The notes: generated from the letters alone by a model not told the origin. Counted from the stretch's first letter, positions 52,518 to 62,192 are shown. The stretch: 64,000 bases of DNA from Candidatus Krumholzibacteriota bacterium (GCA_963764625.1 CAVXTH010000007.1:64001-128000); one strand, 5' to 3'. Translations and numbers: made by a program.

Positions 52518-53164
52518 GGGCTCTGGTCTTCCTTCTGAGCCGGAGGGCGGTGGATCTGGTGGCGGTCTCGGCCGCGGCCGCGCTTCGCGACGCGCTCGGC
52601 CTGGGTGAGCGCCTGCGGGCGCTCCGCCGTGACGACGGCTATGTCCTGGAGAATTTGCCAGGGGGTGAGGAGGCGTGGCGGGCGGCCTGCGTGGCGCGGC
52701 CCTCGTGGTTCAATCCCAACACCCATCAGCACGCGTTCTTCGACGCCGCGCCGGGCGCGCACGAGGCGGCGCGAGGGGAGAAGTCGTGGCCGTCTCCCTG
52801 GATCGGCCGCATGCTCTCTACCGATCGCACCGAGCTGGCCAAGCACGGAGCTTCGGGCGATCTTGATTCCTGGCTCTCACTTTCCCCCGAGCGAGATTGC
52901 TATTCCGTGAGCCTTCTGGCCTTCGATAGCGAGGAACCGGTCCAGCCGCTTCCGCGGGGACACTGGCCGCACCCGGCCGGCCAGGTGCTCGCGTTCCAGA
53001 TGTGGACCCTCGCCCTTGCAGCGGAGAACGAGGCACAGGCCCTGAAGCTCGCGCTCGAAGTCTCTCTCGCCCGCTCACGCGACCGCGGGCTTCTCATCCA
53101 TCCCCATCGTGAGCGCTGGGCTCTGGCCGCGCCGGTGGCACCCGTCGGGGAGGGGTCACTTTGA
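52514..53164 (+). CDS. Hypothetical protein, probably a divergent tandem PurS-like subunit
   Basis: Overlaps purQ (GTGA) and purF; halves end in FNPNTH and IHPHRE, resembling the PurS NPxxE motif. Confidence 0.5.
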   Translation: MRALVFLLSRRAVDLVAVSAAAALRDALGLGERLRALRRDDGYVLENLPGGEEAWRAACVARPSWFNPNTHQHAFFDAAPGAHEAARGEKSWPSPWIGRMLSTDRTELAKHGASGDLDSWLSLSPERDCYSVSLLAFDSEEPVQPLPRGHWPHPAGQVLAFQMWTLALAAENEAQALKLALEVSLARSRDRGLLIHPHRERWALAAPVAPVGEGSL

Positions 53165-54597
53165 ATCGGATTCCAGACGACGATCGTCTGCACGAAGAAT
53201 GTGGGGTAATGGCGGTGGTGGGGCATCCCGACGCCCCGCGTCTCTGTGCGCTCGGCTTGGCCGCCCTGCAGCATCGTGGCCAGGAATCGGCCGGCATCGC
53301 GGCGGCTGACGGGCACGTCGTCGTCTCGCACAAGGCCATGGGCTACGTGAGCGAGGCCCTACGCGACGAGGATGTGGCCCGTCTGAGGGGACACTTGGCC
53401 ATCGGTCACGTGCGCTACTCGACGACGGGTTCTTCGAACCTCATGAACGCCCAACCCATTCACGTCACCTACAAACGCGGCAGTCTGGCCATCGCGCACA
53501 ACGGCAACTTGGTGAACGCGGCCAACTTGCGCCGGGAGATGGAGGACCAGGGCTCGATCTTCAACACCACCAACGACAGCGAGGTCATCCTCCATCTCAT
53601 CGCGCGCTCCAAGGCGGCCCAGCTGGAGGAAGCGTGCGGAGAGGCCCTCGGCCGGGTGGAGGGTGCCTTCTCCCTGCTGATCATCAACCCGGAATCGGTG
53701 ATCGTGGCGCGCGATCCCCGCGGCTTTCGCCCGCTTTGCCTGGGCCGGCTCGACGGGGCCTGGGTCGCGGCGAGTGAAACCTGCGCCCTGGACATGATCT
53801 CGGCCGAGTATGCGCGCGAGGTCGAGCCGGGCGAAATGGTCATACTCGACTCGAGGGGCGGCATCAAGAGCACTCGCTGGGCAGAGGAACGGCCTCCCAG
53901 CATGTGCATCTTCGAATACGTCTACTTCGCGCGGCCGGACAGTCAGATCTACGGACGTAGTGTGCACGAAGTGCGCCGCCGCATGGGGGAGGCCCTGGGC
54001 CACGAGTCTCCCGTCGAGGCGGACGTCGTCATCGGCGTGCCCGATTCGTCCAATACCGCATCTTTGGGCTACAGCCAGGTCACGGGAATTCCCTGGGAGC
54101 TGGGACTCATTCGCAACCACTACGTGGGAAGGACCTTCATTCGTCCCAGCCAAGAGGTGCGCGACTTTTCGGTGCGCAAGAAATACAACCCGGTGAGTCA
54201 CGTGCTCCAGGGGCAGCGGGTGGTGGTGGTCGATGACTCCATCGTGCGCGGGACGACGATGCGCAAGTTGGTCACCCTGATCCGGGGCGCCGGCGCGCGC
54301 GAGGTCCATCTGCGCATCTCTTCGCCCCCGATCACGCATTCTTGCTACTACGGGATCGACACCCCGGTCTCCAAGCACCTCATCGCCTCCTCGCACAGCG
54401 TGGAGGAGATCGCCGAGTACCTGCAGGTGGACAGTCTGGCCTACCTCAGCACGGCGGGGCTCATGTCGGCCGTGCGCAGCTCCGAGGGCTTCTGCCGGGC
54501 CTGTTTCACGGGCGAATATCCGGTCGCCCCCCCCGAATCGGCCTCCAAGGAGGTTTTCGAGGGTTCACTGAGCTCCCGGAGTCCCGATTCGCTCTGA
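53161..54597 (+). CDS. purF: Amidophosphoribosyltransferase
   Basis: Propeptide LHEE-CG, QHRGQESAG, GHVRYST, VDDSIVRGTT and Fe-S cysteines (CIFEY, CYYG, CRAC). Confidence 0.97.
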   Translation: MNRIPDDDRLHEECGVMAVVGHPDAPRLCALGLAALQHRGQESAGIAAADGHVVVSHKAMGYVSEALRDEDVARLRGHLAIGHVRYSTTGSSNLMNAQPIHVTYKRGSLAIAHNGNLVNAANLRREMEDQGSIFNTTNDSEVILHLIARSKAAQLEEACGEALGRVEGAFSLLIINPESVIVARDPRGFRPLCLGRLDGAWVAASETCALDMISAEYAREVEPGEMVILDSRGGIKSTRWAEERPPSMCIFEYVYFARPDSQIYGRSVHEVRRRMGEALGHESPVEADVVIGVPDSSNTASLGYSQVTGIPWELGLIRNHYVGRTFIRPSQEVRDFSVRKKYNPVSHVLQGQRVVVVDDSIVRGTTMRKLVTLIRGAGAREVHLRISSPPITHSCYYGIDTPVSKHLIASSHSVEEIAEYLQVDSLAYLSTAGLMSAVRSSEGFCRACFTGEYPVAPPESASKEVFEGSLSSRSPDSL

Positions 54598-54620
54598 GCT
54601 TCTGGTCCCAGGGGCTCCCT

Positions 54621-54840
54621 CTGCCTATCTTGGGTCCACGGGTTTACCCAAGATGACAGGTTGACCCCGTGAGGGCTCCGGGTACAGAGTACCGGCAACG
54701 AGTGCCGGGAAGACATTGCTCCCGGCCCAGCGTGGGAATGAAGAAGGACATAGCCGATCGACGGGGTCGCCAGTGACCTCTTAAGGAGATCGGGCAATCG
54801 CGGTTCAGGCACGCCAAGCGTTGACGCGATGTTTGCCCGC
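54621..54840. other. Structured intergenic region with several long inverted repeats
   Basis: ATCTTGGGT/ACCCAAGAT; GACCCCGT/ACGGGGTC enclosing CCGGCA/TGCCGG; CGGGCAA-TCGCG/CGCGA-TG-TTTGCCCG. Confidence 0.5.
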
Positions 54841-54937
54841 CGCAACCCGCGAACTCCGTCGACACCAGAATGCGGCCTGAGGATCTGAGAACCATCTCGG
54901 TCCCGCCGCCGGAGAAATCAAAAACCAGGACCCGTCC

Positions 54938-57175
54938 GTGAGCAACGACCACCCACAGGTGGCCTCGAGGGCGGCGAGCGAGCCTGAGCTGAACCGGTAC
55001 CACGAGCTGCTCGACAGAGAGATTCTTCCCTGTTTAGAGCGCCCCGGTCGCTACATCGGACCCTTCGAGGTTCGAGGGTTCGCCCCCGAAGGCGCGTCAG
55101 CCAAGCGCCTGGCCCTACTCTGGCCTTCGGTGCCAGAGAGCCATCAACTACCGCGAGGACTGGCGCCATTCCGCCAGGCGCTGGAGAACCAGCTGCGTAC
55201 TCCGCTGGACTTCGCATGCGCCCCGGCGCCGGAATGCGCTGCCCAGCTGGACAAGAATCGGCTTCCCTACTTCACCCGGCCCGGTTGGCTTCCCCTGTCG
55301 ACAGTTTCCGCCCTCGCGATCTGGTTCGAGGACCCCGCCCAGGTGTTCGGGTTCTTGAGCATCCTGGAAGCGAGCGGTCTGCCCCTGAGAGCGAAGGACC
55401 GCTCCAACGGTCCGAGGGTGTGGGCGGCGGGTCCCGCCACGCGCTCTTTGGCCGCGCTCCTTCCGGCCTGGGCGGACGAGGTCCTGGCCATCTCCGATCC
55501 AACCCGATTCGCCGAAGCCCTGGCTGAGGCCCTGCTGGCGAGTCCCCCCAAGAGGGGGCAGGACGCCTCGGGCCCGACGTTCTCCGCGCCGCGAAGCTCC
55601 AACCCGGCTCGCCTCGCCTGCCCCGACGTGGGGGCGGGTCAAGTCCAGGCCCGTTTGATCCTTCCGGAGCACTTGCGCCGTCCCCTGGCCGAAGCGCAGC
55701 ACGGGTTCGCGGGGGCGCGAGTCACGCGTCTTCATGTGCTGGCTGCGAGCAGCCGCCTGCGAGCCTCGCTGGGTCTGAGCTGTGACGAGGAGCTCCAGGC
55801 GGCGGTTCGGGAGGCCTTGGCCCACGAGTCGCGCCAGCTAGAGCTGCAGCTCGCGGTGGGACTGCCGGGCGAACAGGACGAGGACCGCACCGCGATCGGC
55901 GCGTTCCTCGAGCAGCTCGTCCGCATTGCCCCCCGAGGCGCGCGGCAGATCCAGCTCGTACTCTCTCCCTACCTGGCGGGATCCGCGGAGGATGCCACGC
56001 CGGCTCAGCTCGCGCGCTGGGTCGGAGCGATCGAATCTCGGGCGCGTTCGCTTCGGTTGAAGAGCACCTTTCCCTCTTTGGCCGGTCTCTCTCTTCTCTC
56101 CTGGATCCTCCGGCAAGAGGCGCAGGGTGCCGAAACCATCGAGGCGCTGCACGCGGCGGGCGTGCGCCATGGGGACGCCGATCCGGTGTTCGAGCTCGCG
56201 ATGCGGGCGCCCGGTTTCGAGAGCGTTTTCGCGCCGGAGCTCTCGGACGATCCCTCCGCCGCCGAGGCACTCCCTCAGACGGAAGCGTCCGGCAATATGG
56301 TGCCCACGGGGCTGGAACGGGTCTCGCCCATCCCCGCCTCTCTGGACGAGGACGGTCATTCGCTTCTCGCCGACGAACTCGGCAAGAGCGGACGGAAAGA
56401 CGACCGTTGGCGTCGTTGGAGCGCTCTGGTTCCCCACGAACATCAGCTACGGTTGATCTTCGAAAAACGGGATCAGGCGCGTCATCTCTCGCATCGGGAG
56501 ATGAGTGATCTCCTGGTCGAGGCCTGCCGCCGTGGCGGCGTGCCCTTGGCCATCGCAGGAGTGGTTTCTCCCCGGCCGAAACTCAGCTTCGGCCCCTCGC
56601 TCCCGGTGGGAGTCGCGGGTCTACACGAATTCGTCGACCTGAGCCTGACTCGCAAACCCTCGGGGGTACTTTCCGCGATCAACGAGCATCTACCCGAGGG
56701 CTTGCTCGCGCGCGCCGCGCGCTACCTCCCTCCGGGAGCTCGTAGGAATTTCCTGCCGGTCGAGCGTGCGCGCTACCGGGTTACGGTGCCCTCTGAGCGG
56801 GTCGACGACCTGCACAAGGGACTCGAGCGCTTCCGCAGCGAAGCGAGCTGGGAAATCGAACGCGTCAAGGGGGAGAGGATCACCCGTCTCGATCTGAAGG
56901 CTCAGGTTACGAACATCGTCCTGCACGTCGACGATACGGGATCGGCGGATCTCCGCTTCGATCTCGCGCTCGACAGCGATGGAGCCAGACCGAGGCCGCG
57001 TGAGTTCGTCGCCTCGCTCTTGGGCGTCGATCGAGACGATGTTCGCACGCTCCCTCTTACTCGCGAGTGCTTGCTGAGTCGCGGCGGCGATCTCATGGGG
57101 TCGTGGAAGACCCCCCTGGAACTTGTAGACGTCGCCATGCAGCGTTCACGGCAAGCTATCAACCGAAATACATAG
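54938..57175 (+). CDS. Degenerate TIGR03960-like radical-SAM relic fused to a TIGR03936/DUF2344 radical-SAM-linked domain
   Basis: N-terminal LPCLERPGRYIG; barrel remnant LAVGLPGEQDED; C-terminal RHLSHRE...PRPKLSFGPSLPVG; no CxxxCxxC; directly upstream of rne/rng. Confidence 0.7.
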   Translation: MSNDHPQVASRAASEPELNRYHELLDREILPCLERPGRYIGPFEVRGFAPEGASAKRLALLWPSVPESHQLPRGLAPFRQALENQLRTPLDFACAPAPECAAQLDKNRLPYFTRPGWLPLSTVSALAIWFEDPAQVFGFLSILEASGLPLRAKDRSNGPRVWAAGPATRSLAALLPAWADEVLAISDPTRFAEALAEALLASPPKRGQDASGPTFSAPRSSNPARLACPDVGAGQVQARLILPEHLRRPLAEAQHGFAGARVTRLHVLAASSRLRASLGLSCDEELQAAVREALAHESRQLELQLAVGLPGEQDEDRTAIGAFLEQLVRIAPRGARQIQLVLSPYLAGSAEDATPAQLARWVGAIESRARSLRLKSTFPSLAGLSLLSWILRQEAQGAETIEALHAAGVRHGDADPVFELAMRAPGFESVFAPELSDDPSAAEALPQTEASGNMVPTGLERVSPIPASLDEDGHSLLADELGKSGRKDDRWRRWSALVPHEHQLRLIFEKRDQARHLSHREMSDLLVEACRRGGVPLAIAGVVSPRPKLSFGPSLPVGVAGLHEFVDLSLTRKPSGVLSAINEHLPEGLLARAARYLPPGARRNFLPVERARYRVTVPSERVDDLHKGLERFRSEASWEIERVKGERITRLDLKAQVTNIVLHVDDTGSADLRFDLALDSDGARPRPREFVASLLGVDRDDVRTLPLTRECLLSRGGDLMGSWKTPLELVDVAMQRSRQAINRNT

Positions 57176-57187
57176 GTACATAAAGCC

Positions 57188-59866
57188 ATGCTCAAAGAAA
57201 TCGTAGTCAATTCAACCCCAAACGAAATCCGCATCGGGATCGTGGAAGATCGCGAGCTCGTCGAGCTGCTCAGTGAAAGCGCTGACGCAACCCGGATGGT
57301 CGGGAATCTCTACAAGGGCAAAGTGACGGCCGTGCGGCCGGGATTGCAGGCCGCGTTCGTGGATATCGGATTCGACAAGGCCGGCTTTCTCCACGTCAGC
57401 GATCTGGTTCACGAAGAACCCGACGACGACGACGACGACCGTAGCAGTCGACGCCGTGGTCGCAGCCGCGAGGGAATGCGCCCCATTGAGCGCATGCTCC
57501 GCGAGGGCGACCAAATCCTGGTCCAGGTGGTGAAAGAGCCCATTGGCACCAAGGGCCCGCGGCTCACCGCGGACGTCAGTCTACCCGGGCGCTTCCTCGT
57601 GCTCATGCCCAAGGGTTCGCACGTGGGCGTGAGCCGGAAGATCGCGGATCGCAAGGAACGCGGCCGCCTCAAGGAGATGCTCTCGGCCGTTCGGCCCACC
57701 GAAGGGGCCTACATCATCCGCACCGCGGGTGAGGGCATCGACGAGAAGATGTTGCGCAGGGACGTCGAGTATCTGGCGGACGCCTGGACCGGCATCAAGC
57801 AGCGCATGAACGAAGTCACCGCCCCGGCGGTGGTTCATGAAGACGTGGGACTCATCGTGGGTCTCATTCGAGACGTGCTCACCGAGGACGTAGACGCCGT
57901 CCACATCGACAACGAGCAGGACTACAATCGCCTGGCCGGTTACGTGAAGAACTTCGCGCCGCAACTCCTCGACCGGATCAAGCTCTATCGTGGCGACATG
58001 GCGCTGTTCGACAAGTTCGACATCGAGAGCGAACTGAAGAAGAGCCTTGAGCGAAAAGTCTGGATGAAAAAGGGTGGCTATATCGTCGTCGATCCCACCG
58101 AGGCACTCGTCGCCATCGACGTGAACACCGGGCGGTTCACCGGAAAGCGGAACCAGGAAGAGACCATCTTCAAGACGAACATGATCGCGGCTCGGGAAGT
58201 TCCCCGGCAATTGCGGCTTCGCGACATCGGTGGGATCATCATTATCGATTTCATCGACATGGAGAGCGAAGCGAACAAGCGGAAGGTTCTCAACGAGCTT
58301 CGAACCTACCTCAAGCGCGACCGGGCCCGCACGAAGACCTTCAATGTGAGCGATCTCGGCCTGGTGGAAATGAGTCGCCAGCGGGTGAGAGAGAGTCTGC
58401 AGGCTCGTTTGAGCGACGATTGCCCCTTCTGCCGGGCCACCGGACACATTCTCTCCCTCGACACTCTCGCCAACAAGGTGGAGCGGCTTCTATCCAAGTG
58501 CGGCCTGGTGACGCAGGAGAGCGCGATCCAGGTGCAGGCCAGCCCCAGCCTTGCCATTCACCTGCTCACGCACCGGTCCGACGCGGTCGAGAAGATCGCG
58601 CGCAGCTTCAACATGAAGATCGACATCCTCGATGACGCGCGCATTCACCGCGAAGAGTTCAAGATCGTCTCTCTGCGAAACCGCAAGGACCTCACCAGCC
58701 AACTCGAGACCGCGGTGTGGAAGGGCACGGCCACGCGCCGGCGCTCCTCCGCCGCTGCGGCCGGGAGCCATACCAACGGTAACCGCGAACATTCCGCGGA
58801 CGAGGAGGGCGAGGATTCTCGTTCCATTCGATCGCGGGGCGGAAGCTCCACGCGCGGGCCGCAGCGGGATGGCGGCAACGATGAAGACCGGCAGAGCGGT
58901 CGCTCGCGCCGGTCCCGTTCGAGCTCGCAGGGAAGGGGGAGACCGCGCACCGAGGACCAGGGGCGGAGTTCGACCCCCAGCAGCGAGGAAAGGGGCCGGC
59001 CCCGGCGCGAAGCCCCTCCGCGCGGATCTTCGAGCGCGCAGGTAGCCGAACGCCAGGAACGGCAACCAGCCAGCGGATCCAGCCAGACCTCTCGCCCCGC
59101 AGCCGGTCAGACGCGCGCCCGGACCCCGGGAGACGAGGGCGAGACCGACAATCGTACCCGACGTCGCCGCAGAGGCAGGCGGGGAAGAGGAAGAGGTAAG
59201 GGCGCGGCGAAGACGAGTGGCGAGGCTGCTTCGACCACCGCTTCCACCGAGGCGAAATCGAACTCCAGTCCATCACCTTCGAAGGAGAGTTCTAGCCCGC
59301 CCACGAAACCGCAACTGGAGGACAGACCTCGTCGTTCCCAGGACTCGCGCTCGCGGAACCGGAGCCCTCGCCAGGAGGAGCGACCCAGGACAGCGGAGAC
59401 GCGACCTCGGGAAGAACGGCCGCGGTCGCCCGAAGCTCGACCTCACGAAGAGCAAAGTTCAGCGAAGGAGCCGGCGTCCTCGAACGCGACTCCGGAGAAC
59501 TCGAGGCAGGGGAGTGCTGCCCCACAGACTCCGTCGCGGCGTTCGCGTTCACGCCGCGGTCGCGGGGGCCGTAGCCGGCATGGCGACGAGCAGCAAACTC
59601 GAAGCAACGAGCAGCAGCCCCAGCGCGACGAGCGTCCGGCTCAGGGCGGCGACGGGTCGAGCTCTTCGGCCAATGTTTCCCGGGTGTCTGGAGCGAACGA
59701 TTCACCCAACCGGGCGACGCAACCGGAGAAACCGGTGCGTGCCCCACGAGACGGTGCGCGCGAAGTCTCCCAAGAAGCGCAGACTTCCAGCGAGCAGTCG
59801 AAAGACGGTGAAACCTCCAATCGGCGTCGTCACCGGCGGACACGCCGAGCCGTGAAAGGCCACTAG
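57188..59866 (+). CDS. rne: Ribonuclease E/G family endoribonuclease with a long disordered C-terminal region
   Basis: GNLYKGKV, QAAFVDIG, KEPIGTKGPRLT, AIDVNTG, LRLRDIGGIIIIDFID and Zn-link CPFC; about 380-aa R/S/E/P-rich tail. Confidence 0.92.
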   Translation: MLKEIVVNSTPNEIRIGIVEDRELVELLSESADATRMVGNLYKGKVTAVRPGLQAAFVDIGFDKAGFLHVSDLVHEEPDDDDDDRSSRRRGRSREGMRPIERMLREGDQILVQVVKEPIGTKGPRLTADVSLPGRFLVLMPKGSHVGVSRKIADRKERGRLKEMLSAVRPTEGAYIIRTAGEGIDEKMLRRDVEYLADAWTGIKQRMNEVTAPAVVHEDVGLIVGLIRDVLTEDVDAVHIDNEQDYNRLAGYVKNFAPQLLDRIKLYRGDMALFDKFDIESELKKSLERKVWMKKGGYIVVDPTEALVAIDVNTGRFTGKRNQEETIFKTNMIAAREVPRQLRLRDIGGIIIIDFIDMESEANKRKVLNELRTYLKRDRARTKTFNVSDLGLVEMSRQRVRESLQARLSDDCPFCRATGHILSLDTLANKVERLLSKCGLVTQESAIQVQASPSLAIHLLTHRSDAVEKIARSFNMKIDILDDARIHREEFKIVSLRNRKDLTSQLETAVWKGTATRRRSSAAAAGSHTNGNREHSADEEGEDSRSIRSRGGSSTRGPQRDGGNDEDRQSGRSRRSRSSSQGRGRPRTEDQGRSSTPSSEERGRPRREAPPRGSSSAQVAERQERQPASGSSQTSRPAAGQTRARTPGDEGETDNRTRRRRRGRRGRGRGKGAAKTSGEAASTTASTEAKSNSSPSPSKESSSPPTKPQLEDRPRRSQDSRSRNRSPRQEERPRTAETRPREERPRSPEARPHEEQSSAKEPASSNATPENSRQGSAAPQTPSRRSRSRRGRGGRSRHGDEQQTRSNEQQPQRDERPAQGGDGSSSSANVSRVSGANDSPNRATQPEKPVRAPRDGAREVSQEAQTSSEQSKDGETSNRRRHRRTRRAVKGH

Positions 59867-60582
59867 TCCTGCCGCGAGTGGCTCGAAGAAGTGCGGGGAG
59901 CCGTCCCTTCGGACGGCCGAGAGGCGAAGAGGGGAAGTGCCTCCCATGTGGTGGGCGTGGTGGCCTGGAGTGCACCCTCGACTCCCTCGGCCTCAGCCTT
60001 GACCTTTGCTACGACCCGGGTGAGGAGTTCGTGCGTGTCGGACGGACCTCCTCCCAAGACGTTCAGACTCTCGAGCGCCGCCAAATAGCCCTCTGCGCGC
60101 TCGTAGTGGGCGGATCTCCTCATCAACTCCGCAAAGCGTGCGCCGTGGTCCGGAACTCTCAAATGAATCAGTTCGTGGAGGAGGATGTGCTCGACGACCC
60201 AGGTCGGGTGGCCACGCAGCGCGTCGCTGATGCGGATACTCCCGCTGTGTTGCAACGGGTCATGAGTGCACGAACCCCAACGACGACGCTGCCGGCGCGA
60301 GAAGCAGACAGTGAAGGGCGGCAACTCGAGATCGCGCAGAAGAGACTGCGCCAGTTTCTTGGCCAATTCCGATAGTCGCCGCTGGTCGAAGACCCGTTTG
60401 CGTGCCAGGCCTTCCCATAGCCGCTGGCGGAGTTCGGGGAGGATCGCGTCCAGTTCCTTGCGGGAGATTCTGAGGGGGACGCGAGCTCGAAGGCGCCCTT
60501 CCTCCAGGCGAAGTTCGACCGACCGCCGCCGGGATCGAATCATCTCGATCTCGCTCGGCAGGAGATCAGTGGCGGCTTGCAT
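59863..60582 (-). CDS. YgjP/DUF45-like metallopeptidase (M48-like)
   Basis: IRSRRRS, RRWGSC and HELIHL...DHG..F. Confidence 0.8.
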   Translation of the reverse strand: MQAATDLLPSEIEMIRSRRRSVELRLEEGRLRARVPLRISRKELDAILPELRQRLWEGLARKRVFDQRRLSELAKKLAQSLLRDLELPPFTVCFSRRQRRRWGSCTHDPLQHSGSIRISDALRGHPTWVVEHILLHELIHLRVPDHGARFAELMRRSAHYERAEGYLAALESLNVLGGGPSDTHELLTRVVAKVKAEAEGVEGALQATTPTTWEALPLFASRPSEGTAPRTSSSHSRQD

Positions 60583-61405
60583 TGCGCAGGATTTCCCGTT
60601 CCCGTGGGGTCAAGCTTTCGATTCCATGTTCGGAGATCTTCTCGAGGATTTCGTCCACGCTGGCATCACCCGGCCGGTCCCCACTCGTTCGACCGCTCTG
60701 TCGAAAGACGTTCTCTCGATTCTCTTCCATCTTTCGGCGCGCGAAGGTCGCGCGCATCCGGCGCACCACGCCGTTCAGTTGAGAGTCGAAGCTCAGGTAC
60801 AGCCAGCCGAACAACATTCCACCCAGATGGGCGAAGTGAGCCACGGTCGTACCCCCACGCCCCAGGGCGCCAACGAGATCGATCAGCACCAATCCCACCA
60901 CGAGGTATTTCATGCGGATGCCGATGAGGCCGTAAAGATAGACGAGCTGGTTGGGATACATCATCCCATAGGCCAGGAGCAGGCCCATGATCGCGGCGCT
61001 CGCGCCGATGATGGGGATGTAGCCTCCACCGAAGCCGAGGCCGACCAGAGCCTGGGTGATTCCGCCGCCGATGCCGCACACGAAGTAATAGCGCAAGAAG
61101 AGCTTACCTCCCCACGCGTACTCGATCGCGGTGCCGAACATCCACAACATGAACATGTTGAAGCCGATGTGCAGGAAGCCCCCGTGGAGGAACATGTAGC
61201 TCACGAGGGTATAGAGTTTGAGGGGCCACATTTCGGCAGGGATGAGCGCGAAGTTGGCGATGGGGTCCCATCCAGCCAGTTTCTGGAGGATGAAGACGCC
61301 GATGTTCACTCCCAACAGGAGTCGAACCATGGGGGGGATGGACGCGCCCGGGCCGAAGCGGAACGACGAGCTGCGCGTGAATCTCGAAAAGGGATTGGTC
61401 TGCAT
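60566..61405 (-). CDS. Rhomboid intramembrane serine protease with C-terminal DUF6576-like domain
   Basis: YMFLH..HI.FNM, IGASAA, AHFAHLGG and VDEILEKISEHGIESLT. Confidence 0.9.
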   Translation of the reverse strand: MQTNPFSRFTRSSSFRFGPGASIPPMVRLLLGVNIGVFILQKLAGWDPIANFALIPAEMWPLKLYTLVSYMFLHGGFLHIGFNMFMLWMFGTAIEYAWGGKLFLRYYFVCGIGGGITQALVGLGFGGGYIPIIGASAAIMGLLLAYGMMYPNQLVYLYGLIGIRMKYLVVGLVLIDLVGALGRGGTTVAHFAHLGGMLFGWLYLSFDSQLNGVVRRMRATFARRKMEENRENVFRQSGRTSGDRPGDASVDEILEKISEHGIESLTPREREILRNASRH

Positions 61406-61539
61406 GATCTCTCTATCCGTCAGCTCTTGATCGAGTTCTGGGGCGTGCTTTTGCGAACGATACCAGATAGCATCCCTGGCAAAGCTAACACAGTCTGGCC
61501 TCGATGCCCTCCATCGAGGTGGAAAGTGAGTGCGTGCGA

Positions 61540-62079
61540 ATGGATTCGAGACCCAAAGTTGTGGTCTTCGGCAGCTCGCGTTGTCCGGAGGGCGGCGTGG
61601 ACCAGAAGCGGGCCCAGGAGGTGGGCAGAGTGGTGGCCTCGCGAGGGCTCATCCTCGTGAGCGGAGGTTACGACGGCAGCATGGGCGCGGCGTCGCAGGG
61701 AGCCAAGGAGGCGGGAGGCCGGGTTTTGGGCATTACCACCGCGATCTTCGAGGACCGGGGCCCCAACCGGTGGCTCGACGAGCGCATCGACGAGCCCGAC
61801 TACCCGGCGCGCATCTCGCACATGATGCGGCTCGGAGACGCCTTCGTCGCGCTCCCCGGGGCCCTGGGTACGCTCTCGGAGTGGCTTCTGGCCTGGTGCC
61901 TGAGCAGTATCGACCAACTCGGTGGACCCCTGTGGGCTTTCGCCGATCCGTGGCGCATGATTTACGATTCGATCCTGGAGCTCCCTGAAGTGATTCCGGA
62001 CAAGGGAAATTGTGTCGGTTGGTTGCAAGAACCGGCCGATCTCGCCGGCGAGCTGGACGCATGGCTGGCCCGGCGCTAG
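61540..62079 (+). CDS. LOG/SLOG family nucleotide-binding protein
   Basis: VVFGSSR, SGGYDGSMGA and ALPGALGTLSE; start is 61504 or 61540. Confidence 0.8.
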   Translation: MDSRPKVVVFGSSRCPEGGVDQKRAQEVGRVVASRGLILVSGGYDGSMGAASQGAKEAGGRVLGITTAIFEDRGPNRWLDERIDEPDYPARISHMMRLGDAFVALPGALGTLSEWLLAWCLSSIDQLGGPLWAFADPWRMIYDSILELPEVIPDKGNCVGWLQEPADLAGELDAWLARR

Positions 62080-62192
62080 CTTTTTCAAGTCGGGAAAACA
62101 CGGTAGCCCTCATGTGTTAGAATCAACGGGAAGAGTTTCTCCACGGTGGAGAATCCCCACGCTCTTACGCGCATTCAAAGAGGTTGGACGCT

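Noticed and set aside
54598-54937. 6S RNA, SRP RNA, RNase P, tmRNA or a small Cys-rich minus-strand ORF
   Set aside because: No signature sequences were found and the ORF has no recognisable motif; kept only as an unassigned structured region
59355-59460. Short nucleotide repeats in the rne tail as a possible CRISPR or VNTR
   Set aside because: Degenerate and in-frame low-complexity protein repeats, with no repeat-spacer structure
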